NCBI GenBank assembly: GCA_963769935.1
Contig: CAVYNY010000013.1
Location: 320,001-384,000 of the forward strand
Origin: an uncultured delta proteobacterium
GTDB taxonomy: Bacteria; Desulfobacterota; Desulfobacteria; Desulfobacterales; JAFDCJ01
Length of the DNA stretch: 64,000 nt
Reading direction: 5' to 3'
Shown here: positions 29,041 to 38,144 of the stretch, in pieces
Layout: each line of letters opens with the position of its first letter
How positions within the stretch are numbered: the stretch's first letter is position 1
Program-made: the position numbers and the translations under genes
The notes under the pieces: generated by a model
What the model was told of the DNA's origin: nothing
Seen by the model: only the letters and a program-made list of their open reading frames with translations
Database searches by the model: none

Positions 29041-29076
29041 AGGACCAGGTTTTCAATCTTAGAATAGTCGAGGATA

Positions 29077-30369
29077 ATGAAAAATAGCAAATCATCGCCG
29101 CTTCACCTGGCCTGGACCATCTGGGGATTCGGCGCCCTGTTCTACCTGATGGGGTTTTTCCAGCGGGTCGCACCCGCCGTCATGACCGCCGAGCTCATGC
29201 ATGATTTCCACCTCAGCGCCGCCGCCCTGGGCAATCTGTCGGCCTACTATTACTACAGTTATGTGGCCATGCAAATACCTACCGGAATTCTGGCGGATAA
29301 TTGGGGACCGCGGCGTCTCCTGACGACCGGAGCCTTCGTGGCGGCAACCGGTATTTTGCTGTTTGCCATGGCGCCCGACATTTTCTGGGCCAATCTGGGC
29401 CGATTTTTAATCGGCGGTTCCGTGGCCGTTGCCTGGGTGAGTACGCTAAAATTGGCCGGCGCGTGGTTTCCGCCAAAATATTTTGCCGTGCTTTCAGGCA
29501 TCGCTCTGTTTTTCGGTATTGTCGGGGCGGTATTTGCCGGGCCGCCGTTGCGGCTTGTGGTCGTTGCCTTTGGCTGGCGCGCCGTCATGCTGGCCTCAGC
29601 CGGCGTCACCTTTGCCGTCTGTGCCGGCGTTGCCTTAATCGTCAGAGATCACCCTGCTGAAAAAGGCTATGCCGGTTTTAGCGAGCCCGCCCCGGCCGCC
29701 GGCAGCGGTTCGCGCCGTCAGATTATCTCAGGCATTATCGAGGTGCTGCGTTATCCGAATGTCCGGCTGCTGTTTGTAATTGGCGGCGGAATCGTCGGTT
29801 GCGTGCTGACCTTTGGCGGTCTGTGGGGCGTTCCCTTTTTAAGTACCCACCACGGCCTCACCACCACCCAGGCCGCCGCGTTGAATTCGACCCTGCTCGT
29901 GGCCTGGGGCGTCGGCGGACCCGTTTTCGGCGGACTCTCGGATCGAATCGGCCGCCGCAAGCCGCTTTTTGTCGCCGGATGTTTGCTGACGGCCATCGGC
30001 TGGTCGCTGGTATTATTTTTACCACACTTAACGGCACCTGTCCTGGCCGGCCTGTTGTTGATCACCGGTTTCACTTCGGGATGCGTCGTCATCAGTTTTG
30101 CTTTCGCCAGGGAATCCGTGCCGGCCCACCTGGCCGGAACGGTTATCGGCCTGACCAACATGGGATTTATGCTGGGACCCACCCTGCTGCAGCCCGCCGT
30201 AGGCTGGGTGCTGGACCGAAATTGGATCGGTGATTGGTCGAACGGCGTCAAAATTTACAGTCTGCATGCCTACCGCGCCGGCTTTACCCTGCTGATCGTG
30301 TGGGCCCTGCTGTCTTTTGGATTGCTGTTTTTTACCCGGGAAACCTATTGCCGGCCAAAATCAGGTTAG
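29077..30369 (+). CDS. MFS transporter (YbfB/SLC37-like)
   Basis: About 12 TM segments; FFQRVAPAV, QIPTGILADNWGPRR and SDRIGRRK motif A. Confidence 0.9.
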   Translation: MKNSKSSPLHLAWTIWGFGALFYLMGFFQRVAPAVMTAELMHDFHLSAAALGNLSAYYYYSYVAMQIPTGILADNWGPRRLLTTGAFVAATGILLFAMAPDIFWANLGRFLIGGSVAVAWVSTLKLAGAWFPPKYFAVLSGIALFFGIVGAVFAGPPLRLVVVAFGWRAVMLASAGVTFAVCAGVALIVRDHPAEKGYAGFSEPAPAAGSGSRRQIISGIIEVLRYPNVRLLFVIGGGIVGCVLTFGGLWGVPFLSTHHGLTTTQAAALNSTLLVAWGVGGPVFGGLSDRIGRRKPLFVAGCLLTAIGWSLVLFLPHLTAPVLAGLLLITGFTSGCVVISFAFARESVPAHLAGTVIGLTNMGFMLGPTLLQPAVGWVLDRNWIGDWSNGVKIYSLHAYRAGFTLLIVWALLSFGLLFFTRETYCRPKSG

Positions 30370-30506
30370 CCTGGAAAGCTTTAAGTCGTTTCCAACCGGA
30401 ATCTGCAACTGTATCGTGGATGTCGCTTCAGACGAGGCCATTGTATGGATATCCTCTACGTTCGGTATCCGGGAATAGAAAACTTAAAAGTAGCAAGCCG
30501 CCGCGG

Positions 30507-30535
30507 TTGACAATCCTACCCCGAGTCCATAGCTT
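30507..30535 (+). promoter_or_regulatory. sigma70 promoter of the PDH operon
   Basis: TTGACA, 17 nt spacer, TAGCTT, upstream of aceE. Confidence 0.55.
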
Positions 30536-30642
30536 ATCTTTAATTTTACGGGGAAAATATTCACACCTTCCAAGCAGTACATATCCGACTGTCGTCCCCT
30601 TATAAGCGCCAACGAAACATTTTCATATGAAAGAATAAGCGT

Positions 30643-33333
30643 ATGTCGAAAAGTGACACCCGTGCGGGTGAAATAGACAAGGAAGTTGAATACGAAAACA
30701 GGGAATGGCTCGAATCGCTGGACTACGTCCACGAGAATCAGGGGCCGGACCGCGTCCGGCAGCTGCTGCGCCGCCTGCAGACGCATGCCCAGGAGCGCGG
30801 CATCCAGTTTCATTACACGGCCAACACGCCGTATATCAACACCATCGCCGTTGACCGGGAACAGGTCATGCCCGGCAGCCGTGAAATCGAGCGCCGCATA
30901 AAAAGCATTATTCGCTGGAATGCAATGGCCATGGTGGTGCGGGCCAACCGCCGGCACTCCGGGATCGGCGGCCACATCTCAACCTACGCTTCCTGTGCGA
31001 CCCTGTACGAAATCGGTTTCAATCATTTTTTTCACGCCAAAACCGCCAATCATTACGGTGACATCGTCTATTTTCAGGGGCATGCGGCACCCGGCATCTA
31101 TGCGCGGGCGTTTCTGGAAGGCCGCATCACCGAGAAGCATTTGGAGAATTTTCGCCGGGAACTGCAGGCAGAAGAAGGCCTGTCTTCTTATCCGCACCCC
31201 TACCTCATGCCGCAATTCTGGCAGTTTCCGACGGTTTCCATGGGGCTGTCGCCCATCATGGCCATCTATCAGGCGCGCTTCAACCGCTATCTGGAGGATC
31301 GCGGCCTGGTGAAAACCGGCGATGTAAGGGTCTGGGCATTTCTGGGCGACGGCGAACTGGACGAGCCGGAATCCCTCGGTGCCATTACCCTGGCGTCCCG
31401 CGAAAAACTGGACAACCTGATCTTTGTGATCAACTGCAATCTGCAGCGTCTCGACGGGCCGGTGCGCGGCAACGGCAAAATCATCCAGGAGCTGGAAGCC
31501 GCCTTTCGTGGTGCCGGCTGGAACGTCATCAAGGTTATCTGGGGCAGCGATTGGGATCCGCTGCTGGCGCAGGACGAGTACGGTCTGCTCGTCAGGCGCA
31601 TGGAAGAGGTCCCCGACGGCCAATACCAGATGTATTCGGTCGCCGGGGGCGATTACATTCGCCAAGATTTTTTCGGCAAATACCCTGAACTGGAGCGGAT
31701 GGTTCACAACTACACTGATGAGCAGCTGCAGAAGCTGCGGCGCGGGGGTCACGATCCCCAGAAGGTTTACGCGGCCTACAAGGCGGCTGTGGAGCACAAA
31801 GGCGCCCCGACCGTGATTCTGGCCAAGACCATCAAGGGCTATGGCCTGGGCGAGGCCGGCGAAGGCCGCAACGTGACCCACCAGCAAAAGGCTCTCAACG
31901 AACAGGAACTGCGGCATTTTCGCAGCCGGTTCGGTATTCCCGTTCCCGACTCGGCCATCAATGAAATGCCATTCTACCGGCCGGCGCCCGACAGCGAGGA
32001 AATTAAGTACCTCCAGGAACGTCGCAGCGAACTGGGCGGCCTGCTGCCGGCACGCTTTGAATCCGTACCGGTTTTCCGGCCTCCGGGCCGGCAGTTGTAC
32101 ACCGAGTTTTTTGAAGGCACCGGCGATCGGGAGGTGGCCACCACGATGGCGATGGTGCATCTGCTGGGCAAGCTTTTAAATGATAAAAAGATCGGCCGGT
32201 ACATCGTGCCTATCGTGCCCGATGAGGCCCGCACCTTCGGGATGGAGTCTTTGTTTCGCAAATTCGGCATCTACTCGCATGTCGGGCAGAACTACGAGCC
32301 GGTCGACAGGGAAAGTCTGCTGTATTACAAAGAGGCCAAGGACGGGCAGATCCTCGAAGAGGGCATCACCGAGGCGGGATCGATGTCGTCTTTTATCGCG
32401 GCCGGTACAGCCTACTCGACCTTCGGCATCAATATGGTGCCGTTCTTCTTTTTCTACTCGATGTTCGGCTTTCAGCGGATCGGCGATCTGATCTGGGCCT
32501 CCGGCGATGCCCAGGCCCGCGGCTTTATGCTGGGTGCAACGGCCGGGCGCACAACCCTCGCCGGTGAGGGCCTGCAGCACCAGGACGGCCACACCCACAT
32601 CCTGGCCCTCGGCAATCCCTCGGTGCTGACCTATGATCCGACGTTTGCCTATGAAGTGGCGGTTATCGTCCGCGAGGGCCTGCGCCGCATGCTGGAAGAC
32701 GGCGAAAACATCGTCTACTATCTGACGGTCATGAACGAATTTTACAAAATGCCCGCCATGCCGCAGAATGTCGAGGAGGGGATCCTGAAAGGAATTTATA
32801 AATTCCGGGCTTCCGGCAACAAGCGGGCCAAAATCAAGGCCCATTTATTCGGCAGCGGGACTATTCTGAATGAGGCCATCAAAGCCCAGGAACTGCTTGA
32901 AAGCGATTACGGCGTGGCCGCCGATGTCTGGAGCGTGACCAGCTACAAGAGTCTTTACTGGGATGCGACCGATACCGAACATTGGAACTATCTGCATCCG
33001 GACCAGGAGCCGAAATTGTCATATCTCGAGCAGCAGCTGGCCGATGAGCAGGGGGTTTTTATTGCCGCCTCCGATTATCTCAGAGCCCTGCCGGCCTCGG
33101 TAGCCAAATGGCTGCCCGGGCCGACGATTTTACTCGGGACCGACGGCTATGGCCGCAGCGACACCCGCGAAAGCCTGCGCGATTTCTTCGAGGTGGATGC
33201 CCGTCATATCGCCTATGCGGCCCTGGGCGCCCTGGCGCGCGATAATCGGGTCAAGATGTCCACGGTGAAAAAGGCCCGCAAGCAGCTTAAAATTAACCCG
33301 GAGAAAACAAACCCCTTGTTTACCAAACCATAA
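30643..33333 (+). CDS. aceE: Pyruvate dehydrogenase E1, homodimeric type
   Basis: GGHIST, FQGHAAPGIYARAFLEGR, GDGELDEPES, NCNLQRLDGPV and GEGLQHQDG motifs. Confidence 0.95.
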   Translation: MSKSDTRAGEIDKEVEYENREWLESLDYVHENQGPDRVRQLLRRLQTHAQERGIQFHYTANTPYINTIAVDREQVMPGSREIERRIKSIIRWNAMAMVVRANRRHSGIGGHISTYASCATLYEIGFNHFFHAKTANHYGDIVYFQGHAAPGIYARAFLEGRITEKHLENFRRELQAEEGLSSYPHPYLMPQFWQFPTVSMGLSPIMAIYQARFNRYLEDRGLVKTGDVRVWAFLGDGELDEPESLGAITLASREKLDNLIFVINCNLQRLDGPVRGNGKIIQELEAAFRGAGWNVIKVIWGSDWDPLLAQDEYGLLVRRMEEVPDGQYQMYSVAGGDYIRQDFFGKYPELERMVHNYTDEQLQKLRRGGHDPQKVYAAYKAAVEHKGAPTVILAKTIKGYGLGEAGEGRNVTHQQKALNEQELRHFRSRFGIPVPDSAINEMPFYRPAPDSEEIKYLQERRSELGGLLPARFESVPVFRPPGRQLYTEFFEGTGDREVATTMAMVHLLGKLLNDKKIGRYIVPIVPDEARTFGMESLFRKFGIYSHVGQNYEPVDRESLLYYKEAKDGQILEEGITEAGSMSSFIAAGTAYSTFGINMVPFFFFYSMFGFQRIGDLIWASGDAQARGFMLGATAGRTTLAGEGLQHQDGHTHILALGNPSVLTYDPTFAYEVAVIVREGLRRMLEDGENIVYYLTVMNEFYKMPAMPQNVEEGILKGIYKFRASGNKRAKIKAHLFGSGTILNEAIKAQELLESDYGVAADVWSVTSYKSLYWDATDTEHWNYLHPDQEPKLSYLEQQLADEQGVFIAASDYLRALPASVAKWLPGPTILLGTDGYGRSDTRESLRDFFEVDARHIAYAALGALARDNRVKMSTVKKARKQLKINPEKTNPLFTKP

Positions 33334-33340
33334 GTTGTAA

Positions 33341-33636
33341 GGTGCAGGGTTCAGAGTTCAACAGGTTCAGGGTTGAAGGAAACATAGGCCGGACAAGTTA
33401 GAAAAAGATAATGGGCTTCAACACAATTCTCATAAACATGCAGGTATCAGTATAGCTAACCGCAGAGAACGCAAAGGTCGCGGAGATTATTTTAGTTTAT
33501 CCTTTCAATCATACTGAGTCTTTCTCTGCGCTCTCTGCGAACTCTGCGGTGAAATTTTAAGTTTCCTTTTCGATCAAACTGGAAACTGCGGCTGCCAGCG
33601 GCGTTGCTGACGCCTGAAACCTGACACCTGAAACCT
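33341..33636. repeat. Cluster of small intergenic repeats (heptamer arrays, inverted nonamer arrays, AAGTTTCCTTTTCGATCA family)
   Basis: ggttcag arrays and ctgaaac/ctgacac arrays flank an inverted CGCAGAG array; the 33559 segment is related to the reverse complement of 53056-53080. Confidence 0.6.
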
Positions 33637-33691
33637 TACAGTTTTTACAACCTATTGCCAGACAAACGCCCTAAGGGCCCAAGGAGCCGGT

Positions 33692-35074
33692 ATGATAGTT
33701 GATGTCAGGATTCCGGAAATCAGTGAAAATGTCAAATCGGGAAAAATTGTCAGCGTTTTGGTTCAAGTCGGCGACCTGATCGAAATCGACGATGTATTGG
33801 TTGAGTTTGAAACGGAAAAGGCGCTCGTGGAAATTCCCTCTACCGTTAAAGGCAAGATTACCGAAATGCTCGCCAAGGTCGGCGACGAAATGAGGGTGGG
33901 CGACGTGATTGCCAGAGTAGACACCGAGACCCAGGGCTCTGTTAAAGGTGAGCCGGAAAGCGACCCCGCATGAGGCTGCCGAGAGGGAAGCTGCGGTGGA
34001 AGTAGCCGGCCGAGGCGCCGCAGGCTCAAAAGCCGGCAGAAGAAAAAACAGAGCGCCGGACCAGAAAAAAAAGCGCCGGTTGAAGAACCGGAAAAGCCGC
34101 CGGTCGCGCCCGAGCCGTCGGAGGAGGAAGTCAAAGACGTCGATCGACCCGGCGCCGGCGGACCGGCGCCGGCTTCACCGTCGGTACGCCGTTTTGCCCG
34201 TGAACTGGGCATCGATATCCATGCAGTCAAAGCCAGCGGACCCGGCGGCCGTATTACCGAAGCCGATGTTAAAGCCTACGTCAAACAAGACGAGCGGCCG
34301 CACGGCAAGGCTCCCGTTCAAGCCGCCGCTGCGGGAGTCTTCCAGGAACCGGCGCTGCCCGACTTCAGCCGCTGGGGAGACATCGAGACGGTTGCACTGG
34401 AAGCCGTGCGCCGCATAACGGCTGCCAATATGTCCACCGCGTGGCGCACGGTGCCGCACGTCACCCAGTTCGACCAGGCGGATATCACCGGACTGCAGGA
34501 ATTTATCAAAAAGAATGCAGAGAAAGTCGCCCGCAGCGGGGGCAAGCTGACCGTCACGGCCGTCCTCGCGAAAGTCTGTGCCGAAGCGCTTAAAAAATTT
34601 GCGCGCTTTAATTCCAGCATCGACACGGCCAACGAGCAGCTGATTTTCAAAAAGTACGTTCATATCGGAATTGCCGCCGACACGCCGCGCGGTCTGCTGG
34701 TGCCGGTGGTCCGCAACGCCGACCAAAAGAGCATCAGCCGGCTTGCCGCCGAGATCGCCGATCTTGCCGAACGGGCCCGCAACAAAAAGCTCAAGCCGGA
34801 TGAGATGGAAGGCGGCACCTTTACCATATCCAACCAGGGCGGCATCGGCGGCGTCAATTTTACGCCGATCGTCTTCTGGCCCCAGGCCGCCATCCTCGGC
34901 GTCAGCCGCGCCTCCGTTGCGCCGAAGTTTATCGACGGTGAATTCAGGCCGCGCAGCATGCTGCCCCTGGCCTTGTCGTTCGATCACCGGATTAACGACG
35001 GAGCGGATGCCGCGCGCTTCCTGCGCTGGGTGTGCGAATGCCTGGAGCAACCCTTTACGATGGTTCTTGAGTAA
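33692..35074 (+). CDS. aceF: Dihydrolipoamide acetyltransferase E2, interrupted in the linker (probable sequence indels)
   Basis: Lipoyl domain ETEKALVEIPS, E3-binding ASPSVRRFARELG and catalytic FDHRINDG are all in one frame except for TGA at 33971. Confidence 0.88.
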
Positions 35075-35108
35075 AAAAACTGAAAGCTTCCACGGTAGAG
35101 AGGATCAA

Positions 35109-36575
35109 ATGGCAGACAAAAAAACTCAAGTAGCGGTGGTCGGGGGAGGCCCCGGTGGATATGCAGCTGCGTTTCTGGCGGCCGACCTCGGGCTGGAAGT
35201 TACCTTGATCGATCCGGAAAAAAACCCCGGCGGCGTGTGTCTGTATCGCGGATGCATTCCGTCGAAAGCCCTGCTGCACGCCGCCAAAGTAATCGATGAG
35301 GCGCGGGAGGCCCAGGTCTGGGGTCTTCAGTTCAGCGGGCTCAAAGTCCAGCACACCAAACTGCAAAAATGGAAAGACGACGTGGTTGCCAGGCTGACCG
35401 GCGGATTGGGTCAACTCGTCCAACAACGCAAAATAAATTACCTGCAAGCTTTTGCCGCATTCAAGGACAACCGGACATTGACCGTCCGAGAAGCGAACGG
35501 CCGGCAAAGTTCACTGAGTTTCGAGTTCGCCATCATCGCCACCGGTTCCGAGGCGGCAGGCATCCCGGGCTTTGAAATTGATGCCAAACGTCTTCTCGAC
35601 GCCACGGCCGCGCTTAATCTTGAGCAAATCCCCAAAAAGTTTCTGGTGATCGGCGGCGGCTATATCGGTCTTGAACTGGGGACCGTCTATGCCGCGCTCG
35701 GCTCCCAGGTGACGGTCGTGGAGATGACCGCGAGTCTGCTGCCGGGAGTCGACCCGGATTTGGTCCGTTTTCTGCACAAACGACTGGAAGAGCGGCTGGC
35801 CGCCATATTGCTGCAAACCACCGTCAAGGAGTTGAAGGTTCAAAAAAATGGTGTCAAAACTGCGTTGGAGGGCCCGGATGCCGATCCAAAAACGCATCTT
35901 TTCGACAAGGTCCTGCTGGCGGTGGGACGCCGTCCAAATTCCGCCGGCCTGGGCCTGAACACCACCGGCATTCAGGTCGACGGCCGCGGCTTCATCAAAG
36001 TGGACAATCAGCGGCGTACCGCTGAAAAACATATTTTTGCCATCGGCGACGTGGCCGGTGAACCCATGCTGGCACACAAGGCCTCCCATGAAGGCCGCGT
36101 CGCCGCCGAGGTGATCGCCGGCCGGCAGGTGGTCTACGAACCGGCGGCGATCCCGGCCGTCGTGTTCACCGACCCTGAAATCGCCTGGGCCGGATTGACG
36201 GAAAACGAAGCCCGCCGCCAAGGCATACCGCATGCAGTGGTCCGATTTCCGTGGGCCGCCTCCGGCCGCGCGGCCACCCTGGGCCGCAATGACGGTCTGA
36301 CCAAGCTCGTTGTTGATCCGCAGAGCGAACGTATTCTGGGTATGGGTATTGTCGGTTCCGGCGCGGGCGAAATGATCGCCGAGGGGGTACTGGCCATTGA
36401 GATGGGCGCCAACGTAACCGATGTCGGCCAGTCGATTCATCCACATCCGACCCTGACTGAAACCATCATGGAAGCCGCAGATCTGTTTCAAGGCAGCGCC
36501 ACCCACTTTTATCAACCCAGGCGCAAGAAGAAGACAGAAGACAGACGCCAGAAGACAGAAGACAAAGGGCAGTAA
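35109..36575 (+). CDS. lpdA: Dihydrolipoyl dehydrogenase E3
   Basis: GGGPGGY, GGVCLYRGCIPSK and HPHPTLTE motifs; RBS AGAGGA before ATG 35109. Confidence 0.95.
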   Translation: MADKKTQVAVVGGGPGGYAAAFLAADLGLEVTLIDPEKNPGGVCLYRGCIPSKALLHAAKVIDEAREAQVWGLQFSGLKVQHTKLQKWKDDVVARLTGGLGQLVQQRKINYLQAFAAFKDNRTLTVREANGRQSSLSFEFAIIATGSEAAGIPGFEIDAKRLLDATAALNLEQIPKKFLVIGGGYIGLELGTVYAALGSQVTVVEMTASLLPGVDPDLVRFLHKRLEERLAAILLQTTVKELKVQKNGVKTALEGPDADPKTHLFDKVLLAVGRRPNSAGLGLNTTGIQVDGRGFIKVDNQRRTAEKHIFAIGDVAGEPMLAHKASHEGRVAAEVIAGRQVVYEPAAIPAVVFTDPEIAWAGLTENEARRQGIPHAVVRFPWAASGRAATLGRNDGLTKLVVDPQSERILGMGIVGSGAGEMIAEGVLAIEMGANVTDVGQSIHPHPTLTETIMEAADLFQGSATHFYQPRRKKKTEDRRQKTEDKGQ

Positions 36576-36762
36576 GGAAGTCGGAAAATTGGAACAGATT
36601 CCCTTCGCGGCTTCCCGGCTTTCTAGCCTTCCCGCTTCCCAGCCTTCCGGCATCTTTGAAGTCTGCTGACTGCCAAGCTTATGAGGTTGAATTTTCTATG
36701 TACTGTGTACTATGAACTATCAACTCAACGAACTCAATAAACTTAATCAACCAGTTGTGACC

Positions 36763-38139
36763 ATGAAAGAATTCAATCAAGACCAGATTGCGGCCTTATC
36801 CGGCATGGTGGATGCCGACGGCTTTTCTACCGGCCAATCCAATCGCGAGCTGCATCTGCATGACATCTCGCCGCATCGCGGAACCCTGCCGGCAGGCATC
36901 ATCTGGCCCAAGACCACCTCTGAAGTCGCCCGGATTCTCACCTGGACCTATAAAAACGGAATCCCGGTTACCCCTTGGGGCGCCGGCACGAGCACCGAGG
37001 GCAACCCCGTACCGACACGCGGGGGATTGATCCTGGATATGACCCGCATGAACAAAATCCTCGAGATACGCCCGCAGGATCTTCAGGCCGATGTGCAGCC
37101 CGGTGTACTGCGCAAGGAATTGAACCGGCAAACCGGCCGCCACGGGCTGTTTTTCCCGCCCGACCCGGGAGCGGACGCCACCATCGGCGGCATGATCGCC
37201 AATAATGCATCCGGCGTTCAAACGATTAAATACGGGGCCACCAGAGATTATGTGATGCGCTTGACGGTCGTTTTGCCCGAAGGCCGTTTGATAAATACCG
37301 GGTGCAAAGCCCACAAATCCTCTTCCGGGTATGACCTGACACGGCTGTTTGTCGGATCGGAAGGGACCCTGGGTGTGTTAACCGAGGCCACCCTGAAATT
37401 GGCCGGCATTCCATCCCACCATCTGGCCGCCACGATTACTTTCCAAGACCTTGAAAGCGCATCCCGAGCGGTGGCGGCTCTTATGGGATCCGGCCTGGAA
37501 CCGGCTGCGCTTGAGCTGTTGCCGCCGGTTTTGATCAAGCTGATGAACCGGGAAAAAAATCTGAATATTCCGGAGGTGCCGTCGCTTTTCTGCGAATTTC
37601 ATGGGGTCAGCAAAACCACATTGCAGGAAAAAGCCGATCTGGCCCGCGAGCTGTGCAGTGAATGCGGCGCAACCGGATTTAAATTCGGCATCGAGGAAAT
37701 GGACCGCCGGGAATTGTGGCGCGCCCGACACGAGGCCTGGGAAACCATTCATCGCGCCCATCCCAAAAAAGAAACACTGATTATCGACGTTGCGGTTCCG
37801 ATCTCCCGCTACCCGGAAATGATCGTTTTTTCACAAAACCTCGTAGAGGAGCATCATGTCGACGGATATGTCTTCGGCCATGCCGGGGACGGCAATCTGC
37901 ATGTCGTCATAGCAGGTGACCCGCAGGACCCCAATGAGTGGTCTACCCTGGAAAAAATAAATCAGTTGATTGTTGAAAAAGCCCTCGATGTCGGCGGCAC
38001 CTGCACCGGAGAGCACGGAATCGGCATCGGCAAACGCAAATTTATGGAACTGGAGCACGGTGAGAGCTATCAGCTGATGCGTGGCATCAAGGATTTAATC
38101 GACCCCAAAGGATTGATGAATCCGGGGAAAATTTTTTAG
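36763..38139 (+). CDS. FAD-linked D-2-hydroxyacid dehydrogenase (GlcD/Dld/D2HGDH family)
   Basis: GAGTSTEG, FPPDPG, GSEGTLG, GHAGDGNLH, GEHGIG and MNPGKIF motifs. Confidence 0.9.
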   Translation: MKEFNQDQIAALSGMVDADGFSTGQSNRELHLHDISPHRGTLPAGIIWPKTTSEVARILTWTYKNGIPVTPWGAGTSTEGNPVPTRGGLILDMTRMNKILEIRPQDLQADVQPGVLRKELNRQTGRHGLFFPPDPGADATIGGMIANNASGVQTIKYGATRDYVMRLTVVLPEGRLINTGCKAHKSSSGYDLTRLFVGSEGTLGVLTEATLKLAGIPSHHLAATITFQDLESASRAVAALMGSGLEPAALELLPPVLIKLMNREKNLNIPEVPSLFCEFHGVSKTTLQEKADLARELCSECGATGFKFGIEEMDRRELWRARHEAWETIHRAHPKKETLIIDVAVPISRYPEMIVFSQNLVEEHHVDGYVFGHAGDGNLHVVIAGDPQDPNEWSTLEKINQLIVEKALDVGGTCTGEHGIGIGKRKFMELEHGESYQLMRGIKDLIDPKGLMNPGKIF

Positions 38140-38144
38140 GGCAA

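Noticed and set aside
30979..32844. Long antisense ORFs over aceE (similar ones over the ABC genes, lpdA and the acyl-CoA synthetase)
   Set aside because: Shadow ORFs expected from GC-rich codon usage on the opposite strand.
33971..33973. In-frame TGA in aceF as selenocysteine or programmed read-through
   Set aside because: It lies in the flexible linker, not at a Cys position, and the read-through peptide is atypical; compensating indels explain it better.
36712..36762. N-terminal extension MNYQLNELNKLNQP of the FAD dehydrogenase
   Set aside because: It derives from an AACTCAAT-type nonamer repeat; the true start is more likely ATG 36763.
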